Source: an uncultured Actinomycetota bacterium
GTDB lineage: Bacteria > Actinomycetota > Actinomycetes > Streptosporangiales > Streptosporangiaceae
Reading direction: 5' to 3'
NCBI GenBank assembly: GCA_963842265.1
Contig: CAWJGE010000010.1
Location: 114,673 to 178,672 of the forward strand
DNA: 64,000 bases
Under the pieces are notes generated by a model. It did no database searches. It was not told where the DNA came from and saw only the letters and a program-made list of their open reading frames with translations. Position numbers and translations under genes: made by a program. The first letter of the stretch is position 1; the number at the start of each line of letters is the position of its first letter. This document shows, in pieces, positions 59,164 through 64,000 of this stretch.

Positions 59164-61061
59164 TGACGCCGCCCCTTCATCTCGTGTCTGTCCTGCTCCT
59201 GCACCCGGCTCGCGGCCGGAAGTTCATACTCGGGCGCGACCGCGCCGGTGGTCAGCGCGTAGATCGTCTCCCCGATCACCTTCGCGCCGAGGTCTGACAA
59301 TGCGGCCAGTGCCTGCTCAATCTCGCTCAGGCGCCGGAACGCCTCGCCGTACCGCCGCTGCTCGGCGAGGGGCAGCCGGGGGATACGGCACCGGCGCAAG
59401 TCGTCCCGGTTGATTGCTCCGAGCGTATTGGCGACCGGCAGCGCGGCGACGTCGCTTCGCAGGAACAGCGCTACGAAGTACGGATCGAGCCGGGTGCCGT
59501 CGATCTCGACGACCTGCGCGATGCCGCTGACCTCTACGAACCGCTCGATCGCGTCCTCGTCGCTGGCCTTCTCGGCGGTCGCCACGACCGGCGGCCTGCC
59601 CTGGGTCCGCAGCAGCACGTCTCCCGCCTGGGGCGTGTCATCCCGCGCCCGGATCGTCAGCGCCCCCACGCGCTCAAGCTCCGCGAGGGTCACGCAAGCG
59701 TAGCGGCTCGTCGCCGTGGGCGCCGCGAACCGCGGCAGCCCGCGTCCCACCGCCGCGTATATCTCGGCGAGCCGCCCCGTCACTTGGACGAGGTCCGCGG
59801 CGGACGCCTGGCCTCGCCCCGCCAGATAGCGAGACGGCAGCAGGCAGGCGCCCTCATCGAGGAGATCGAGCCGCTCCACCGTGCGGGAAACAGCGGGATC
59901 GCCGCCATCGAACAGCTGCTGCCAGGCGCCGAACTCAAGCGGCACGTCAGCCGGGTCGCCGAGTCCGGAAAGGTCGATCATGCGCACCGGCGTACGGTCG
60001 GGCGCGCCGCCGGGGCGTCGCAGTACCCACAGGCAGATATCGGTGCCAGGCAGCGAACCCATGCCCTTCGGCAGCGCGATCACCGCGCGGAGCACGCCGG
60101 TTCGCACCAGCGCGGCCCGGATGTGCTCACCGGACGGCTGCACACAAGCCCGCTGTGACACTGCGGCGACCGCGACCCCGTGCGGCCGAAGGTGCGCGTA
60201 GCAGTGCTGCACCCAGGCCAGTTCGCTGTCACGCGTCGCCGGTATACCGAACTCCCAGCGCCGGTCCGTGGTCAGCTCCGCGGCTGGCCAGTCCGGCCGG
60301 TCGAACGGCGGTTCGCACACCACGGCAGCGGCCTTGCCCAGGTAAGCGCCGAGCTGGCTGTCGGTGAACGAGTCCCCGGCATGTACTTCATACGGTGCCC
60401 CGTGTGAGTTCCCCGACAGGTTGAATGCCGCGATCCGGGCCGCCTTCTCGTCGGTGTCCTGCCCGGCGAGCCGGATCCGCGCGCCGAACCGGTCTGCCAC
60501 CGCCATCAGGGCCACCGCTGCCCCGCACGCTGGATCGAGGACTACCGGCAGCTCCGGGTCGTCGTTCGCGTCACCGCGATATTGTCCGCCTCCGGACGGG
60601 ACCCTGTCCTGGTCATACGGGCGATCCGGCCAGGCGCTATCGTCACGAGCTGCCCGGTCCGGTGCGATCGACCGAGGAAGCAGCGCCGCCATTGCCCGAG
60701 CCAGCAGGTCACGGGGGAGCAGGTCGCTGATGGATCGCTCCGGCAGCCACTTCCTCGCCTCCGCGAACGTCATGTCGAAGGTCTTGCCGAAGCTCTTATC
60801 CATGGCGTCCGCGCCAGACGCGCCAACCCGGATCGTCCCGCCATCCGTACGCCCCGCCGTTGCGAGCTGATCCGCCTTTCCTGTCTCCTTCAGCCAGGTC
60901 AGGACCTCGGCCCGGTCGAAGGCCGGGCTGTTCGGCGATCCGCCTGCCGGCTTCGGAAACTCCGGATGCCGCTTCCGCCAGTTGGACACGGCAGCCCGCC
61001 CCACCCCGGCCATTCGTGCGATGGCCGCCGCAGTGATCAGCTCCCGCCCCTCGGCCTCCAT
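59160..61061 (-). CDS. HTH + N6-adenine-methylase-like + single TRD fusion protein (atypical EPPF catalytic motif)
   Basis: N-terminal ITAAAIARMAGVGRAAVSNWRKRHPEFP (MerR/excisionase-type HTH). VVLDPACGAAVAL (motif I). VVCEPPFDRPDW in place of NPPF/Y. C-terminal IPRLPLAEQRRYGEAFRRLSEIEQAL (HsdS-type conserved region). GTGA overlap with hsdM. Confidence 0.75.
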   Translation of the reverse strand: MEAEGRELITAAAIARMAGVGRAAVSNWRKRHPEFPKPAGGSPNSPAFDRAEVLTWLKETGKADQLATAGRTDGGTIRVGASGADAMDKSFGKTFDMTFAEARKWLPERSISDLLPRDLLARAMAALLPRSIAPDRAARDDSAWPDRPYDQDRVPSGGGQYRGDANDDPELPVVLDPACGAAVALMAVADRFGARIRLAGQDTDEKAARIAAFNLSGNSHGAPYEVHAGDSFTDSQLGAYLGKAAAVVCEPPFDRPDWPAAELTTDRRWEFGIPATRDSELAWVQHCYAHLRPHGVAVAAVSQRACVQPSGEHIRAALVRTGVLRAVIALPKGMGSLPGTDICLWVLRRPGGAPDRTPVRMIDLSGLGDPADVPLEFGAWQQLFDGGDPAVSRTVERLDLLDEGACLLPSRYLAGRGQASAADLVQVTGRLAEIYAAVGRGLPRFAAPTATSRYACVTLAELERVGALTIRARDDTPQAGDVLLRTQGRPPVVATAEKASDEDAIERFVEVSGIAQVVEIDGTRLDPYFVALFLRSDVAALPVANTLGAINRDDLRRCRIPRLPLAEQRRYGEAFRRLSEIEQALAALSDLGAKVIGETIYALTTGAVAPEYELPAASRVQEQDRHEMKGRRQ

Positions 61062-61086
61062 AGCTCCACCGTACTCACAACCTCAT

Positions 61087-61128
61087 GTTGTCGCAAACGC
61101 TTGTGAACAGTGGCGACAATGTTCACAA
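61087..61128. promoter_or_regulatory. Interleaved inverted repeats in the divergent intergenic region (TTGTCGC/GCGACAA and TTGTGAACA/TGTTCACAA)
   Basis: TTGTGAACA at 61101-61109 pairs with TGTTCACAA at 61120-61128. TTGTCGC at 61088-61094 pairs with GCGACAA at 61113-61119. Confidence 0.4.
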
Positions 61129-61274
61129 ATCTGTATTCTGAACTAAGGCCGGAGGTGGACTACGCCGGTCACTTCGCGAGCGCTCGCAATGTCGGCGGCT
61201 GACTATAGCTTCTCGGCTGCGAAGTGCGACCAAACCAGCTTGGCAGAAAGGTCGTCGTCGGTATGATAAGTGGT

Positions 61275-61508
61275 ATGACACGGCAGAAGATCGCGATTAC
61301 CCTGCCGGAGGAGCAGGTGGCCGCGGCGCGGCAGGCTGTCGCGGAGGGCCGGGCCGCTTCAGTCTCCGCCTTCATTTCGCAGGCACTTGCGCGACGCGAC
61401 GCGGATGAAGAGATGGCCGAGACGATCGCCGAGATCTACGCGGAGAGCGGCCAGCCGACCGAGGAAGACCGGCTATGGGCTCGCCGCGTGCTTGGCATGG
61501 AGCCATGA
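61275..61508 (+). CDS. Ribbon-helix-helix (CopG-like) antitoxin
   Basis: MTRQKIAITLPEEQVAAARQAVAEGRAASVSAFISQAL. The track ORF starts at 61224; I prefer the internal ATG. Confidence 0.7.
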   Translation: MTRQKIAITLPEEQVAAARQAVAEGRAASVSAFISQALARRDADEEMAETIAEIYAESGQPTEEDRLWARRVLGMEP

Positions 61509-61885
61509 CCGGTGCGACCCTCGACACCGGGGCGCTGATCGCGCTTGAGTCGGGCAGCACACGGATGGCGGTGCTGGTGGAGGAAGCTCTCGCCGGCCGC
61601 GCGGAGCTGGCCGTCCCGGCCGGGGTGCTGGCTCAGGCGTGGCGCGGCGGCGGACGTCAGGCTCGGATCGCTCGCCTGCTGCACGCGTCGAACACGTCGG
61701 TCGTCCCGCTGGACGCCAAGATGGCGCTTCGGGTGGGTGCCCGGTGCGCGGCCACTCGGACGGCGGACATAGTGGATGTGAGCGTGGCCATCTGCGCAAG
61801 CGACCGGGGACATCCCGTCATCACCAGCGACCCAGACGATATCGGCGCGATCGACCCGGCGCTGACGCTTGTCCGGCCGACATGA
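61505..61885 (+). CDS. vapC: PIN-domain toxin (VapC-like)
   Basis: ATGA overlap with the antitoxin stop. LDTGALIALE, ...DIVDVSVA..., ITSDPDD acidic residues. Confidence 0.75.
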   Translation: MTGATLDTGALIALESGSTRMAVLVEEALAGRAELAVPAGVLAQAWRGGGRQARIARLLHASNTSVVPLDAKMALRVGARCAATRTADIVDVSVAICASDRGHPVITSDPDDIGAIDPALTLVRPT

Positions 61886-62070
61886 CGCCGGAGCCGCCCT
61901 AGGCAAAGACCATGATCCAGGGCTGCACCGCCACTACCAGCGACGATGCCAGTAAGGTCACCAGCGGTCGGCCCGCCCTGGCGCCCGATGCATATTGCGA
62001 GCGACACCCAGCCCAACCAGTGGCGCTATATAGCACCCGAAACCGCAGACAAATCCTCAACGCCGCGCCC

Positions 62071-62361
62071 TTACTCCGCGGCCTCGTGGCCGACGACGCG
62101 GGCAGCCAGCACGATGTCGCCGGACCAGCCGCAAGCCCCGCAGAAGCAGACGAAGACGCGGTCGCTGCCCGTCCAGTACTCGGTGGTCAGCCCGTGGCCG
62201 CCATCAGCCAGCGACAACGCCGCCGCGCACGCCGGGCAGTACCGGGGCGCGTCCCGGCGATGCCGCTCGGCATCAACCGGAAACCAGCCCCGCCCGACGT
62301 CACCACCAACAGGAACCCCACCACCAGCCGAAGCCCCCGGGCCAGCCGCGACCACCGTCAC
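62071..62361 (-). CDS. Small Cys-rich (CPAC...CFCGAC) zinc-ribbon-like protein, GTGA-coupled to the Rieske oxygenase gene
   Basis: VTVVAAGPG...RYCPACAAALSLADGGHGLTTEYWTGSDRVFVCFCGACGWSGDIVLAARVVGHEAAE. The GTG at 62359-62361 overlaps the oxygenase TGA. Confidence 0.55.
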   Translation of the reverse strand: MTVVAAGPGASAGGGVPVGGDVGRGWFPVDAERHRRDAPRYCPACAAALSLADGGHGLTTEYWTGSDRVFVCFCGACGWSGDIVLAARVVGHEAAE

Positions 62362-62387
62362 CCGGCCGCGGCCTTCCGGTTTTCGTT
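62071..62387 (-). repeat. Right copy of long direct repeat
   Basis: See 50509-50790. Confidence 0.9.
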
Positions 62388-63608
62388 CGCCCTGATGTGC
62401 AGCTTCTTCAGCGCGTCGGCCTGCGGGCTGAACCGGGACGAGGCCCGGTCGATGAAGTCGATGGCGAACGAGACGCCGGCGTCGAACTTGTTCTTCTCGC
62501 ACGGCAGGTCGATCCGCTCGCGGTAGTCCCGGTACACCCCGAGCGGATCCTCCCCCCGGGCCACCAGGGACATGTTCTCCTTGAACATCCGCCGCAGCAT
62601 CGTCACCCCGACGTCCGAACGTCCCAGGTGCTCCACGGTCCGGTCGGTGATCGGCCCCTGGGTGACCCAGGCCATCATGTCCTGCCCCTCGACATAGTCC
62701 ACCCGGTGCCTGCCGTTCGAGTCATACACCGGGATCTGGTAGTCCGGCACCTGCGGCTGATCGGGAAAGTCCACCCCAGCAGGCGCGTGCACGCTGTACA
62801 GCATGAACCTGGTGGTGGTCCGGTCGATCGGCACCCGGATCTGCATCTGCTCGATGTTGGCCCCGCCGACCCGCATGTTGTAGGGGAACACCAGCGGGTG
62901 GCCGATCTTCCAGTCGTCGTCCTCCTCGGACGCGCCCTCGACCACCCGGCGCTTGATGATGCCCCAGTCGAACGCGTCGAACCCCACCTTGACGTGCTTC
63001 TTGCCGAACGAGGGCGGCGCGTCGAAGCCCTGATGACGCGCCATGAACTCGAAGAACCGGCCGTGCAGCCACTCGGTGTGGTGCGGGTCGACGGCGTTCT
63101 CCATGATCTGCACGAAATTGCACGGCAAAAAAGTCCAGCCGATGTCCCGGACCCCGTCCATCACGAACACGTCGAACCGAGGCAGCTCCGGCGCGGGCGA
63201 GGGCCCGATGTAGGCCCACACCAGCCCGCCGAGCTCCTGCGCGACACCGGCGGCCGCCCGCACCCGCGAGCGGAAGTTGGTCTCCTCCCGCTCCGCGGGC
63301 TGATCGAGGCAGGAGCCGTCCACCCCGAACAGCCAGCCGTGGTACGGGCAGCGCAGCCCGTCGGACTCCACCACGCCGTAGGCCAGCGAGGCCCGCCGGT
63401 GCGGGCAGCCCTCCGGCAGGATGCCGTACTTACCGCGCGGCGTCTTGAACACGGCGAAGTCCTCGCCGAGCAGCCGGGCCGGCCGGACCGGGAACTCCTC
63501 GAGTTCGCGGGTGAACGCGACCGGGTACCAGTAGCGCCGCAGCAGCTCGCCCATGGGCGTACCCGCCGCGACCTGGGTCAGCTCGTCGTTCTGTTCGGCG
63601 GTCAGCAT
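62358..63608 (-). CDS. Rieske non-heme iron oxygenase, alpha subunit type
   Basis: CPHRRASL...CPYHGW Rieske motif and NAVDPHHTEWLHG iron motif. Start at the internal ATG 63606-63608 (MLTAEQNDELTQV...). Confidence 0.85.
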   Translation of the reverse strand: MLTAEQNDELTQVAAGTPMGELLRRYWYPVAFTRELEEFPVRPARLLGEDFAVFKTPRGKYGILPEGCPHRRASLAYGVVESDGLRCPYHGWLFGVDGSCLDQPAEREETNFRSRVRAAAGVAQELGGLVWAYIGPSPAPELPRFDVFVMDGVRDIGWTFLPCNFVQIMENAVDPHHTEWLHGRFFEFMARHQGFDAPPSFGKKHVKVGFDAFDWGIIKRRVVEGASEEDDDWKIGHPLVFPYNMRVGGANIEQMQIRVPIDRTTTRFMLYSVHAPAGVDFPDQPQVPDYQIPVYDSNGRHRVDYVEGQDMMAWVTQGPITDRTVEHLGRSDVGVTMLRRMFKENMSLVARGEDPLGVYRDYRERIDLPCEKNKFDAGVSFAIDFIDRASSRFSPQADALKKLHIRANENRKAAAG

Positions 63609-63628
63609 GAAAGCACTCCCAGAGAGAA

Positions 63629-64000
63629 TCAGTCGATGATCGTCACGGTGCCGGCGTTGCCGTCCACCCGCAGCCGCTGCCCGGTCTTGATGGTCTTGGT
63701 GCCGAACGCGGTGCCAGTCACGGCCGGCAACCCGTACTCGCGGCACACGATGGCGGCGTGGCTCATGATCCCGCCCACGTCAGTCACCGTGGCGGCGATC
63801 TTGCCGAACACCGGCGCCCAGCTCGGGGCGGTCAGCGGCGCGACCAGCACCTCGCCGTCGCGCAGCTCGCCGATCCCGTCCGCGGACAGGATCACCCGGG
63901 CCGGGCCTTCGGCGATGCCAGGCGAGGCGGCGAAGCCGGAAAGCCCGCCGTCCTGAGCCCCGCCGAGCCACTGCCGGACGCTGTCGGAGGTGATGCCCCA
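63629..64000 (-). CDS. PEP-utilising enzyme, C-terminal swivel domain (gene continues beyond the window)
   Basis: ...LVAPLTAPSWAPVFGKIAATVTDVGGIMSHAAIVCREYGLPAVTG... Confidence 0.75.
   Translation of the reverse strand, partial: WGITSDSVRQWLGGAQDGGLSGFAASPGIAEGPARVILSADGIGELRDGEVLVAPLTAPSWAPVFGKIAATVTDVGGIMSHAAIVCREYGLPAVTGTAFGTKTIKTGQRLRVDGNAGTVTIID

Overview
Very GC-rich, actinomycete-type chromosomal DNA, dense with genes and with mirror-image antisense ORFs that I treat as GC artefacts. From left to right, the window holds these blocks. (1) A GntR-controlled aminotransferase / APC-permease / FGGY-kinase cluster. (2) An ArsR gene behind a 12-bp tandem repeat. (3) A divergent heme-oxygenase / bacteriophytochrome pair. 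(4) A patch of gene remnants around a two-gene membrane-protein + alpha/beta-hydrolase cassette. (5) A co-directional run of serine hydrolase, ATP-grasp ligase, repeat micro-ORF, divergent EF-Tu paralog and large PLP decarboxylase. (6) Two transglutaminase-like genes and an acyl-CoA synthetase. (7) A catechol meta-cleavage cluster with tandem extradiol dioxygenases, hydratase/decarboxylase paralogs, acetaldehyde dehydrogenase and aldolase. (8) A split PEP-synthase-like (phenylphosphate-synthase-like) pair. (9) TetR plus a solo IS605-type tnpB. (10) A complete nine-gene A/V-type ATPase operon. (11) An 11.3-kb island bounded by roughly 300-bp direct repeats. (12) A Rieske oxygenase and the 3' end of a second PEP-utilising enzyme gene. 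The island carries one minus-strand operon (HTH-methylase-TRD paralog, hsdM, decayed hsdS, hsdR, Ser/Thr kinase with TPR tail) plus a RHH/PIN toxin-antitoxin pair. My best candidates for something undescribed are the kinase-coupled type I R-M-like operon in that island and the hydrolase / ATP-grasp / repeat-peptide / EF-Tu-paralog / decarboxylase run. Other recurring oddities are short tandem repeats sitting exactly on start or stop codons, three apparent 1-nt frameshifts, and many truncated gene fragments. All calls come from reading the supplied translations and sequence by eye; no database search was possible. No tRNA, rRNA or CRISPR array was seen.
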